Of a stretch of DNA of 64,000 nucleotides, positions 41,266-55,484 are shown one piece after another. The number at the start of each line of letters is the position of its first letter. Positions within the stretch are counted from its first letter, which is position 1. The DNA lies in NCBI GenBank assembly GCA_012295275.1, contig CM022673.1, forward strand, positions 1,922,001-1,986,000. Direction: 5' to 3'. The translations under genes and the position numbers were made by a program. This stretch comes from Chrysomallon squamiferum (lineage: Eukaryota > Animalia > Mollusca). Below the pieces are notes generated by a model. The model was not told where the DNA came from. It was given only the letters and a program-made list of their open reading frames with translations, and did no database searches.

Positions 41266-41365
41266 TTGAAGCCGTCGAGGAGAATCGATCTAGTGATTTC
41301 ATGTTCTGTAGAAAGAATCACAGCTATAAATACACAGCGGCTAAACTGTACGTAACACACACTGA
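41266..41365 (-). promoter_or_regulatory. Candidate alternative 5' exon
   Basis: TCAGTG and ACAGTT initiator-like motifs, an internal acceptor-like TTCTTTCTACAG, ATG at 41302 and donor CAA|GTGAGT after 41266. Confidence 0.3.
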
Positions 41366-43289
41366 CCGGTACATCAACAAACCAAATGTTCGAATCACAG
41401 ATGAACGAACAATAAAAGTATCTATTTATCCAGATACGTAGACACTGTTTAATATTTCTACAGTATGAAATGAACGCGAATCTATGACAAATGTAAGAAC
41501 AGGGCTCGCTGTATACATAACCAGGCACTGTTTAATATTAATGGAGCAGCAAACAACTGGATTATTGGATAAAACAAATCTTTGTTACCACACAGAAGCA
41601 GTGATTACAGTTCTTGATCGCGATCCATTAAATAGTACATATAATTTTAAATATCTCACGAAAAGGGGATATATATGTACATAGATAGATAGATAGACAG
41701 AAAGATAGATAGATACACTGAGAAATAGACAGATAGATAGATGATGGATAAATAGATAGGCACGTATGTAGATAGGAATGGAGGCTGATATATATATACA
41801 CATGCATCAGCTATAATACACAGCATAGATACATACACACATACATAAACACAATGTTTACACCATATACATACATTTACACACACACACACACTAATAT
41901 ACGTACATACATAAATATAGACAATGAGTCAATCAGACATACAAGATACAGACACGACGCATAAATAAGCGGACCCACAGTAAATAAAGAAACAATATAT
42001 CTTTGTAACGACAACACAGCGGTCATTGTTACCTGGAGTTTGTGACATACCGATACAAATGACCAGCGTGTCACTCAAGTGAGTGACCTGTTCGTTAAAC
42101 ACGTCGAGAGAGACAGGCACAGTCTGATAATAGGAGATTAGCGAAACTTGTAAACATCGGCTCTCGTGCATACCTCGACCTGGTCAACACGACGTAGTCG
42201 TTTGGTATGTCTCCGACCTCGTCGTTGTCGTGAATGAATGATTGAGTGAATGAGTGAGTGAATGAGTGAGTTTCGAAGGAGATGATTAAATAAGTGATCC
42301 GGGCTAAGCGTTGTGAGAGATGAGGTGAAGATAATGGGTGAGGATGTGCTGGGTAAGTAAGTGCATAGCGTGGGTGGGTGGGTGACTGATAAAAGGGGTG
42401 ATTGGGTGATGGGTGAATGAGTGAATAAGTGTTGAGACGGGTATGTGAGTGAGCTAAGATATTTTATATTTAGAAGACAGTATATCTGTCTGTCTGTCTG
42501 TCTATCTATCTGTCTGTCTGTCTGTCTATATATCTATATATATACACACACACACATACACACACATATACACAAATGTATATATATGTGTGTGTGTCTG
42601 TGCTTAGTCTATGTAAGAGATGAAGATTATGATGATGATGATGATGACAGTAATAATAATAATAATTGTAATGACGATAACGATAATAATAATAATAATA
42701 ACAACAACAAGAACAACAACGTACACACACGTACAGCGCCAAAGAATGTTTAAAAGACGCAGTGAGTCACTCTCTTAAAGAAACTACAGAGAATTATAAC
42801 CAAGAAAATAAATACAACTGAAATAAAACAAATAAAACACAGAGAACTATAAACAGGAAACAAGTCCATAAATGTCAGTTGAAATAAAGCACAATTTTAA
42901 ACAAAACAGTAACAGAATTAATAACTTCTGTAAATCTTTCTGATCGTTACATAACATTTTTTTATTTATTTTTTTTTTCATTTCGTAACTACAATTTTAA
43001 ATGTGCATAAAAAAAAAAAAAAAAAAAAGTAAAAAGAAAGAAAGAAAGAAATAAAAGAAAGAATAAGAAACAGTTCGTTTCTGTCATGTGTGCTCGGTGT
43101 ACCCAAAAAATTCCGAAAATAAACACTACTACTAATAATAATAATATTTAAAAAATGTCTCAAATTACCACCGTTTTTTAATTACATAACATTTCTATTC
43201 ACACAAAGTATGAAAATTTCATAAAAAATTTAAATATTCATAAATGAAAATGTAAAAATAATTTCACATACGGAATTAAGAATTTCATC

Positions 43290-43515
43290 AGTGTGTGAAA
43301 TATTTCCATTCCCGTTCTAACCGCGGCAGTATCAGAACAAACCGTCTTTATATTCCCAGTATTACTCCATAGTTCACCCGTGTGTGAACAGCACTTTTAG
43401 CAATGCAAAATAATTTCATTCCCGTACGCTCCGTGACCAAAACGGGACAGACCATCTTTATATTATGATTACGGCGTCCGCCCAAGTGTGAACGCCACTG
43501 TTAACATGGCAAAAG
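43290..43515. repeat. Old, roughly 110-bp tandem duplication
   Basis: CATTCCCGT (43307, 43417), ACCrTCTTTATATT and GTGTGAAC..CACT each occur twice in order. Confidence 0.8.
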
Positions 43516-43542
43516 ACTTTCTAATTTCTTCTTTTTTATCCC

Positions 43543-43773
43543 ATTACTGCAGAGATGCTTGACGGAGTAGCCGAGGTTGTAGCTTTTGACTGAGTGACTT
43601 GGAGCGCGAAGTCGTCTTGTAACGACTGGAATTCACTTATCACAGTCAGTTCTTCCAAGCAGAGAGAGTTAAAACACTTCGTGGAAAAACCTTGCCCAAG
43701 AAATTTAAAATCTGTGAATATTTTATCATACAATAAGTGTTGAGTCCGATATTTTATAATATTAGAAATGATG

Positions 43774-43832
<59 letters not shown>

Positions 43833-43970
43833 CAACCAGATAAATATATATTTTTTAATATCAAGGATTATCCCCGTAGACAGGTATGCATGTGCAACAG
43901 TTTACCATGGAGGACAAAGGTTGGAACTGGAATTACACTAGGAAGGATACCGCGATATTTCATTGGTCAG
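43543..43970 (+). mobile_element. Possible highly decayed LINE RT fragment
   Basis: ITAEMLDGVAEVV...W...DWNSLITV..K, then after an (AAT)n tract GITLGRIP. This echoes the RT N-terminal motifs ITAEML / PxDW / RGITLLSIP in the correct order. Confidence 0.35.
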
Positions 43971-44165
43971 GTTACGTAATTAATTTATAATTCTGTCTAC
44001 AGTTATTTAATCATTTGATAATAATAATAATAATAAAAAATCACTCAGTCGGTCAATCACTCTCTAAATCAATCACTAATTCATTCAATAAGCCACTCAG
44101 ACAGTCAATCTGTTTGTGAGTCAGTCAGTTATTCATTCACTAACTCACTTTGTCTGCTGTCTATC

Positions 44166-44226
<61 letters not shown>

Positions 44227-44914
44227 TATTATATTACTTTCCTCTGGAAAACAGCAAGTTGTTTTCAAAGAGAGAGAGAGAGAGAAAAAAGTAAAAACAA
44301 AACAAATAAGAAAAACAAAGAGTAAGAAGAGGTAAACGAGATTCATACTAAACTGAAAAGCAGTGGGAACTAACACAAGTCTGATTCACTTCTATTTTAT
44401 TTCTCCGTCACAGCATGTCAATCAAGCTGAGTCACGCATTGTCCTTTTATAACTTTATTCTTTCTTTCTTTTTTTACCCTTTTCCTGGTTGTATAAAAAT
44501 ATGAATTTAAAAAGAGAGAAAGAAATATGATATTTCATTAAGTTTACCATTGCTTTTGTCAGTCATATCATTCTGGATTTTTTTTTTTTTTTTGGATCGT
44601 TTTTTAAAAACCATAATCATGTGAAAGGAAAATTTCTGTGATTACATCATAGGCTACTCTCAGTTGTTAGCAACAAATTATCCTTTATATCAACCTTCCC
44701 CTAGAAATAGCATCCGCAAACCATATTTTAAAACAACAACCAGCAAACGGGAAATATTCCAGAAGGGTTCACGAAGAAGAATCAATCTTTTGACGTAGTA
44801 TACGTCACTCTCGTATTCTGACACTGAACTACACCCCGATCTTTTTATGTTCATGAATCATAATATGACAGTCATGTCTGTGTTTCTTCTTTTGAGTACA
44901 AAATATGAGTAAAA

Positions 44915-44962
<48 letters not shown>

Positions 44963-45304
44963 AAAAATAAAAAATAATAATAATAAAAAGGAAACGAAAA
45001 GAAAAAATATTGTTTTATTGCAGTCGTAACTCGTTCACTGACTTTGTGTGTCAATGACGCAGCCTGAAGGCGCAATAGTCGCAAGATCAGTTTTCCTCAT
45101 TTCCGAGTTTTTTCTTCTTTTCCCCGCGTTTGATCTGTCAGTGATCATGAAAAATGCTTTTCTGCCAATGACAAGCTGCACAAAAAAATATACTTTTTTT
45201 TGGTTAAAAGTTAAAGATAACCTAGTATAACGGGGCGTATGACAAGCAATTTGACATGCAAGAGTATGTGTGCATGTATGCATGTTGTGTGTGTATAAAT
45301 TTAG

Positions 45305-45350
<46 letters not shown>

Positions 45351-45364
45351 ACACCTTCGTAAAC

Positions 45365-45406
<42 letters not shown>

Positions 45407-45951
45407 TAAACGAGGAAAAAACAAACCCAGACGTAACAGAAGAGTATTTCCCACGCTGTAAATATTAATTTGCTCACGTGAGTATTCTAAATTACAGAAA
45501 CCGACAAGCAGGTAAAACGACAGGTGAAAGCACAAAGATGTTTATTTCTTTCTCTTTTTTTTTTTTTAATATTATATCTTCAGTGTTTCCTTCACAAACA
45601 TCTAAGTAAATTTAATATTGAGACTGTTAATGAGAAGAGAAGGTTTTCTGTGCTTTTCTTTTCAGAAGACAAACTAGAAAATATTTACAGCCGCTTGTCG
45701 GCGAGTTCCTGTTAAATACTCTGACAAACACAGCAGCACGCTCGTGTGACGGTGAGTTACAGGTAGCCCGGTACAGAAGTCTTCAGAGTGTTTTCTTTCA
45801 ATATTAGCAAGTTTTATAGTTTCATTTTTCTTCGTCTTCTTTTTTTTTTTTTTTTTTTACGTTTATATTGACACTTAAGTATTGATGATGTATAAATATA
45901 TATTCTGGGTGTGATTTTATTCAGTGCGCCCATTATGTTATCTATCATGAC

Positions 45952-46019
<68 letters not shown>

Positions 46020-46949
46020 GCTTTATTAAAGTTGGGGAATTTTGTTTTTGGGAGGGTATTTCACACCGTGCTAAGTATCACGGAAAACTAATATTTAACT
46101 GTCTTCTGTAGATAAACATCTTTACATAATAATATTACACTGACAATTCTAAGTTTTGTACAAAAAATATAGAATTTAAATTCAATATGTAAAAATAAAA
46201 AATATCGAAAAAATAAAAAATAAAAAAAATAAACCCACCTCATCAATCTGTCAATTTCTTACATTTCTAGAACCTTCTTCTTTGTCGTTTTATCAACCTA
46301 CATGTCCTTATGTCTACCTGTATATATGTTTATCTATATCTGTCAGCTCACCTGTATTTCGTTCTGTCTTTCTGTCTGTCTTTATATCTATCCCTCTGTC
46401 TGTTTTTCTACTTACAAACCTATCAACTATTGTTATCTGTGTACTAAGAACATAATAAAAAAAAAAAAAAAAACAACTATGAACTGAAAGTGAACTTGCA
46501 GTATGACTAACAGTGAATAATAATTTTTTCTTAAGTTTTCTTACATTTTTTTTTCTTTCCTTTCTTTTCACAATAAGGAGTCGTTACATTCGTGATTAAT
46601 TCGGAGAAATGAAACGGTTAAAGTTTTAGAAATGTAACAAAAGTTTTAACTGCAAGTACGGAATACATCAAGGCCGGTAAACTTTTAGAAGAGAAAGGAG
46701 AGAAGAATAAGTAATAATAAATATTAATAAATAGGCTTTCTGCAGGTGCATTCCTTTGTTCGTCTTGTTGTGGTATTCTTTTACAGTTTTTCTTGTCTGC
46801 TGTTATTTTTCATATTATTTCTTGTGGGCTTTTTTGGGGGGGTGGGGGGTTTTGGCTTTTTCTTCTTCTGTGCATTTGTGACATAGCTACGTACTTGTCT
46901 ACCTACCTACCAACATTCATAAAAAAATGATTACAAACACAGATACAAA

Positions 46950-46958
46950 CATATATAT

Positions 46959-46991
<33 letters not shown>

Positions 46992-47001
46992 TATATTCAT
47001 A

Positions 47002-47035
<34 letters not shown>

Positions 47036-47041
47036 CATACA

Positions 47042-47109
<68 letters not shown>

Positions 47110-47310
47110 TACTCACATACAAACATACATACATACACATATACATACATACACTTATACATACATAGATACATACATACATACATACACATACATACAT
47201 ACATACATACATACATACATACATACATACATACATACATACATACATACATACATACATACATACAAACATACATAGATACATACAAACATACAAACAA
47301 ACATACATAG
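46950..47310. repeat. (CATA)n microsatellite
   Basis: Directly visible. Confidence 0.95.
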
Positions 47311-48046
47311 ATTTACGTGTATATGCCTGTGTATTTGTGGGTTTTTGCTCTTATCTATATTATTTTGTATATGTTCTAAGTTCCTGTGTATTTCTGTGAC
47401 CAGTATGACTATGTATATAGATATATATAGGTCACACAGCTAGATGGAAAGATTCGTTAATAAACAGACACCCAAACATAAAATCATATATCAAATAAAA
47501 AAATAATATATTGCTCGTCGTTGATCATTTACTTTTTAATATATCATTCTTTCTTGAAAGAAAATTTTGACCACAGATTTCAAAAAGTTTACATTCTTTT
47601 TTTTTTTTTTGATTTATTTCAGTATTCCTTTCACATTCCTGTACATATACGAGACGTGGAAAAATCCCTGAAATTCAGTCATCCTTGAAACACTGAAGAA
47701 AAGGAAATTTCTGAACACCTGATATGTCTCTCTCGTATAACGGTAACAGAAGTGACGCAATTTTATTGCTACCCAGTGCAGCTTTGTGGGATTTGAAAAC
47801 ACGGAGAACAGACTGCTAGGAAAAGTGAGACTCCCCGCTGTGGGTATTGATAGGGCGGTGTTAAATAATAATCGCCAACCTCCTGTCTCTTTAATAAACT
47901 GTTTTGTGCACGACACTTCAGATTCCTGCTCTCTTGCTTGCTTGCTGTTTGTGTTTATTTATGAGCTTTTCAAGTCAATGCGAACGTAGAACACACGTGA
48001 AACCTTGCCTGGGTTATAGAGGTGTAAAAATATACCCAGAAGCTCA

Positions 48047-48180
48047 CATATACACACATATACACACATATACACACATATACACACATATACACAAATA
48101 TACACACATATACACAAATATACACAAATATACACACATATACACAAATATACACACATATACACACATATGCACACACA
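48047..48180. repeat. 10-bp tandem repeat TACACAmATA, about 13 copies
   Basis: Directly visible. Confidence 0.95.
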
Positions 48181-48272
48181 GAGATAGAAAGAGGAAGTAA
48201 AAAAGGAGATGGAGGCTGAAGGGAGCGGAGAGAGAAAGAGAGAGAAAGTAAAAGAGAGAACAAAAGACAAAC

Positions 48273-48314
<42 letters not shown>

Positions 48315-48356
48315 AGGGATGAAAAAGACAAAAGGAGAGAGAGGGAGGGAGGGAGG

Positions 48357-48655
<299 letters not shown>

Positions 48656-49223
48656 AAAGACAAAGAGAGAAATTTATTTGGTTATGATAAAAAATTTTCT
48701 TTTACATAATGTTTTTTGTCTGTTTGTCTTTTTTTTTTTTTTTTTTTTTTTTTAACTTTCGAAAGTTTAACGATACCTAAACACAGACTAGCTATTAACA
48801 TAATGAGTCAGACCATGTTACTCTGCCAGTTTACAGTCACAGCCAGTATCCCAAAACGTAACTGACTTACTGCAATATATAAATGGAAGGTTCTTTGCCG
48901 AGTAGTAATAAATGAAAAATCCTGCTACAACCACAATAATAACTACAGTTATTTGATACAACTGCTCTTAGACTACTTCTACTACTGCTACCTCTACTGC
49001 TACTTCTGCTGCTACTTGTACAACTGCTTTCTACTATTCTATCTGTAGTATTACTATTAGGCTACTGCTGTTACTATTAGCACATATGAAATGTTCTAGC
49101 ATGTAACAATAAAACGGGTGTATATAATGAAAAAAAAAAAACCCGAAAAAAACCCCCCTAACATTAAGAAAACAAAACAAAACAAAACATAACAAATTCG
49201 AAAGATATTATTATTATTATTAT

Positions 49224-49260
<37 letters not shown>

Positions 49261-50793
49261 GCTATTATTATTATTATTATTGTTGTTGTTGTTGTTGTTG
49301 TTGATGGTATTTATTTATTTATTTTTATCAGTTTAAAAAATATATATATTAAAAAAAAGAAAAGCGTACGTTTATTAAAACAAACTTCACGAACAAGGAA
49401 CAACTTTGTTATGAATCTTTTAAAGAAACGGGCACGGTTTGATTTCTCCCCGAACACAATCCTCTCTCTTTATCTCTCTGTGTTTGTACAACAAATCAGC
49501 GAGAAACATAAACTACGGCGTAAGCAATTACACTCTCACGCGAAACTCTACACAAATCCGAGATATTACTCACGTGAAAATTTAAGGAATTTATTGATCA
49601 CACAAAAATAAGCCGTTTTCTTTTCTCAGGCTACCTGGACACACCTGTCCAAAACTTAAGCTTTTCTGACCTTCCGTTCTCACGTGGTCTCATTACCTGT
49701 GTCTGGTTATGGCATTTTTGTTTTTATGTATGAGAGCCATTACTCAGATTTTTGACTTAAAGTTAGCGGACGTTCTGTTCGTGTTACGAAAATATTTGAT
49801 CAACCTCAGCCTTGTAACGCGATAATGTACAAAGATTTTTGCTGGCATGCTGTGAACAGTTTGGACTCGCTTATTACTGTGTTTGTAAACGGGGAGTTGA
49901 AATTTTTGGCTTGCTGCTTATGTAAAGACACATGAGACACCGAGAACAGTTATCAAATACTGTGACGTTAGTCGTAGTAGTAGAAGAAGTAGAAGTAGTA
50001 GACGTGGTAATAGTAATAGTTGTATTACTGGTGGAAGTGGGGGTGGTAGTGCTAACAGCTGTATTTGCTGTAGAGTTTTGATCGTAGTAGTAATAGCAAT
50101 ATTTGCTGCTGTCGTTGTAATCGTTGTAGTAGTAATATGAAAATTAAAATGTCAATCAGGACGTATATATTTCCAGAATTCTTTCCATCTTGTACTTTAT
50201 AAACTTTTTTTTTATTTATTTATTTATTTATCTAAAATTATTTTAGTTTTTTTTCTATGTGCCATAAAATAAGAAATCAATGGAACATTGCCCAAAAGAT
50301 ATAAACGCGCCAAATTTATGCAAATCAGAATCTTTTTTTTTTTTTTTTTTATCAAGCTGTATTGTTTATAAAGTGCTGTGACTGTATTAGAAGAAAAAAC
50401 AACCAAAATACTTTTTAAATTTAGAAATAAAACTCTTGAGGAGATCCTTTCGAAAGAATCTCCGTAGAGAATTAAGACAAGGAATAAATCTGTCGTGTTC
50501 TGAACAGTGTTCAGAGAATAAAGTAAAAGAAGCAAACAGAAGCACAGAAGAATGTAATTTGCTTGCTACTTCTATGACGACGACAACAATAACAACAACT
50601 ACTGCTACTATTACGACTACTACTGCTACTACTGCTACACTTAAATACTATTACCACTACCACTACTTCTGCAACAACTACTACTACTACCACAACAACA
50701 ACTACTACTACTACCACAACAACAACAACTACTACTACTACTACTATCACTTAGTACCACTACTACTATTGCTTCTATTACCAATGCTGCTAT

Positions 50794-50837
<44 letters not shown>

Positions 50838-51012
50838 AACATAACATTGCTTCTATTTCTACAGCTACTATTTTATTGCCATTATCGTACTGAGTTAAAA
50901 ATGTATTAGTGTCGCTTTTATCCACCTGCATTTCTCATTGGCATTTACCTTCGTTATTGAAATAAACAGGAACAAAAAAAATAAAAATACTATTAAACAA
51001 ATAATAAATCAG

Positions 51013-51051
<39 letters not shown>

Positions 51052-51329
51052 AAAAATAAATAAAATTTATAAAAATGAAAAAAAAAAGTTAAAATAATAA
51101 TAAAAATAATAAATAATAATAATAAAAAAAATAAAAAAATAAAAAAACAGCTACAAAACTCTCCTAAATAAATAGGTAAAGATTTACTACACTTTTCCTT
51201 AGGCAGGATCACAAACGGTTAATTATAGCATTCAGGTAACTGAACCATAAATAATGACAGTTATAGGTTCACAAACTAGCAGTAATCTTTTTTTTCTGGA
51301 AGAGACACAGTAAAACTAGAGAACGAAAT

Positions 51330-51630
51330 AACACCTTGAACCATTTGTCGAAAACATTCGTGACTTTTTGAAAGACTCGTACGACAGTGGAAAAACGAAT
51401 GGAACTTTCTTGAACGCTGAAAACACTTCATGTATTGTGGCTCGACGTATGATTATTATTATCTCTACACCTGAGCTTGCTCCGAGGGCAAAGCGAGGCA
51501 CGAGAGACTGACAACAGATACGTTTTAGTTGCGTGACTTGTAAGTTAGAGGTTCGTCAGTTTGAAATGAAAGAGCAACTGAACTTGTTTGAAGATACCCA
51601 ACTAGGAACGTGTTTAACACTGGGAGACCG
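51330..51630 (+). mobile_element. Possible highly decayed LINE RT fragment
   Basis: GTFLNAENTSCIV ... EQLNLFEDTQLGTCLT weakly resembles the RT motifs GLxLNxxKTKxM and ExVxxFxYLG; an in-frame stop is present. Confidence 0.25.
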
Positions 51631-51659
51631 TGGACAAATCTTCCAGTTTCATCTTTAAA

Positions 51660-51697
<38 letters not shown>

Positions 51698-51765
51698 ATA
51701 ATAATAATAATAATAACAAAAATAAAAATAAAAATAATGATAATGATATTGATAATAATAATGAC

Positions 51766-51851
<86 letters not shown>

Positions 51852-51910
51852 TGATGATGATGACGATAATAATAATAATAATGATAATGATGATGATGAT
51901 GACGATAATA
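51660..51910. repeat. (ACT)/(AAT)/(GAT) compound triplet tract
   Basis: Directly visible. Confidence 0.95.
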
Positions 51911-52065
51911 AGGTAATATGATATTCTTTGATATACGTTAGTTGTTTATCATGCTAAGGACGTGAAGTAATACAAAGGTTTTCAGAATCAGAACAGGCCT
52001 GATATCTGATTAGACAAATTTATTGTATATAACATCACTGTACACTACTGGAAGACCAGCTGAGA

Positions 52066-52108
<43 letters not shown>

Positions 52109-52509
52109 ACCTCATCGTACATCCCCCCGAAAACAAAATAGATGTATTTCTGGTGAATACAAATTAAAATGACACCAAATGTAATTTGTAGCGTGTTATC
52201 TGACACTAACACCTGAATTCTGCAGTGTGTATGGATCTAAACAAATGTCATTCTGACTGATTTAACTTCAGTGTGTGGTATTGTGGATGAAATGGTTTAT
52301 ATCACAGCCCCTCTGTCAAAAAAACAAAACTGATACCATTATCCTGTACTGATAAACAACCAATAAATGATAATTTATTTATCTATCCATCAATCCATAT
52401 GTATATTTGTCTGTCTGACTATTTCCCCGTCTTTCTCTCAAGCTGTCTGTTTCTCTCTGACGTTCTCTCTATCTATATATCTTTTGTAGGTAAATAGATA
52501 GAGATATAA

Positions 52510-52735
52510 ACAGAGAGACAGACAGACAGACAGGTGCACAGATAAACTGATAACACAAATCTGATGACTATGCAAAAATGAACTGTGAATCATTCTTTCT
52601 AATCACTGATCCATTTCATTGTTTCATTACGGTCAATTAGGGTTCTTGGTAAAGACCGGCTTGTCTAAACAAAGAGAATTATGTATGAATGTACAACACA
52701 GTGAATGAATGTGCGTGACAGTTAAATAATAACAA
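52510..52735 (+). repeat. Dispersed repeat family B, copy 1
   Basis: (GACA)n followed by ...TTACGGTCAATTAGkGTTCTTGrTAAAGAC...TTGTCT..ACAAAkAGAATTAyGTATGAATG...AACACAGTGAATGAATG, shared with 57635-57865. Confidence 0.9.
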
Positions 52736-52848
52736 CATCCATTTATTTCAGTGAATGAAGACTCAGTCATTAACCGACATAAGTTCCAATCACGATAAAA
52801 TGTATACAAATATTAAATGATTAACGTATTTCTTTTATATATATATAT

Positions 52849-52983
<135 letters not shown>

Positions 52984-53927
52984 AAATGCAAATATTTATG
53001 TGTATATGTCACATATATAACACTTTTTCGTTCACAGCATGTTGTCGTTTACAGTGCATTCATATAGGATCAGGGCACCACAGTTTTTTCACTGACTTAG
53101 GCAATTTGGTGAAATCAGTGAAATCACCAATGGAAGAAGATGGAATCGTACCACTGAAGATCAGCTACAGAGAAATAGGACGCCATTTATTTGCAGGATT
53201 TGGGCAGACAACCTTTTGAACTAAAATAACTAAAAACAACAAATAATAATAATAAAATGAAATCAAATTTAAAAAAATATAATGAAAAAAAATATAATAA
53301 ATGAAATGAAAGAGAAAAAAAATAAGCATAACTAAATATTATAGGTAACCGACAAAACACTTTAAAACATTTTATATAGGAATGTGATATACCTTGTTGT
53401 AGACATATTAAAATAGTATAAATATTCTCTCTTAAAAGCTGCTAGGGAAAAATAACATTAGCTACAACAACGACAACAACAACAACGACAACAACAACAA
53501 CAACTACTACTACTACTACTAAAACTATATCTTCTTCTTTTTCTACTACTACTACAACTAATACTACTAATAACAACAGCAGCAACAACAACAATAGTAA
53601 CAAAGACACAATCAACAGTAACAACTGAATATTTGCTAAATGAATCATTTCCACATGTATCTGGTTTATCGTGATTATAATCTTATCAGCATTCTTATTG
53701 ATTTTATCGGCCTTAAAGCGGAAAACCAATGATCTTCTTATGTACTAATCCTTTAATACCCGATTTACTTAAACGATTCTTGTTACGTATCTACACGTAA
53801 ACAGATCTACGTTCCATTTGCTATTACTGTGATTCAGATTAAAATATTTCAGCTATGAAATGAATGAATTTTTTTTACTCATATTTGGAGCATGATTTTG
53901 ACTCAGAGGAAAAGAATTAGATGAAGT

Positions 53928-54037
<110 letters not shown>

Positions 54038-54710
54038 CTCTCTCTCACTAACATATCCATGGCATATACAGATACGTATGTAAATAAAACACAAAAATTT
54101 AACAACATACAACGTAATGTATCAGGTAAATATCATTTACCACCAATAAAAAAATAAATAAATAAATAAATATCAGTTTTTTAAAGCATTTTTGCCTTCT
54201 ACTTATTTCTTAAACAAAAATAGATTTTAAAATAAAAAAGAGGATTTCGACGAAGTAACTCCCGCGTTGATATATTCCACCATAAAAATTCTCTTCCCAG
54301 GTCAGATAGCAAAAGAAAAATATTAAGTTCTTTTCTGTCTGAGAATATATTACTAAAGAAAAACTACAAACGACGTGCTTGAAATTTTGTTCTACTAAAC
54401 GTAGAAGTAATCCAAGAATTATTTTGATAAAGGCGGGCGTATTTGGTGATAGGGAAAGAATTTACAAAATAATTAAAAGTGATTCATTTATAATCCTCAC
54501 AAAAAAAATGTATTTTTCTATTTTTTTGTTTGTTTTCCCCTTTGTTACAGGCTTAATTACTTTATTGATTTGGAAAAAAAAAAAAAAACCTAAAAAACTA
54601 AAAATTCAGTTCAATTATATACGTAGCTTTGTATTTTTTTCTTATTAAATATATTTAGGAGGCCTTTAAATAACTGTTATTAAATAAAGCCTTTGAAAAC
54701 GTTTTTCAAC

Positions 54711-54812
<102 letters not shown>

Positions 54813-55134
54813 CTCATATATCATTATATACTGAACTATTGTAAATCATTAACCTACACCGACTGAGTTCAAGTCTGATGTCAAAATAAACAGGAGAGTG
54901 TCATTTCCGTTCATATCTTCCAGCATACAATAATCCCAGTGATATTTCAGTGTGTAAACAGTTTAACGTAGTTTAGTAGCAGTGACCTGATCCCAGTCAG
55001 CTAGTAAAATTACTGTCTTAGGGCGTCTTGACTTGAATATACACGTAAATTGTGTACACTTTGATATGATATGGGTGAGGGAGAGAGAGAGAGAAATATA
55101 GAGATATTAAAAGAAAGATATGTTAAATTTCATA

Positions 55135-55135
<1 letters not shown>

Positions 55136-55214
<79 letters not shown>

Positions 55215-55231
55215 TTGTGTGTGTGTGTGTG
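55136..55231. repeat. (GT)n microsatellite
   Basis: Directly visible. Confidence 0.97.
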
Positions 55232-55433
55232 TTATGGAATTTAAATATTATATTAAATTTTAACTTATTATTATTTTTTATTTTTGGGTAAAATAATCAT
55301 TTATGGCTATTTATAATAATAATAAAATGGGTAAATTATTCTTATTTTAAAAAGTAATTAAATTGAATTTTTTTTTTTTTTTTTTTTTATATAATATAAA
55401 GAAAAACTAAAAGTAACAAAATGAAATTTCGAC

Positions 55434-55469
<36 letters not shown>

Positions 55470-55472
55470 TAC

Positions 55473-55484
55473 CATTTCGTTCAT
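55473..55484 (-). CDS. Candidate coding end of RASSF first exon (MNEM), phase 0
   Basis: Minus strand ACG ATG AAC GAA ATG|GTAAGT is a consensus donor at the end of a CpG-rich unique patch. It is in frame with the main exon if spliced to 33632, and there is an in-frame TGA just upstream. The splice linkage is inferred. Confidence 0.45.
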
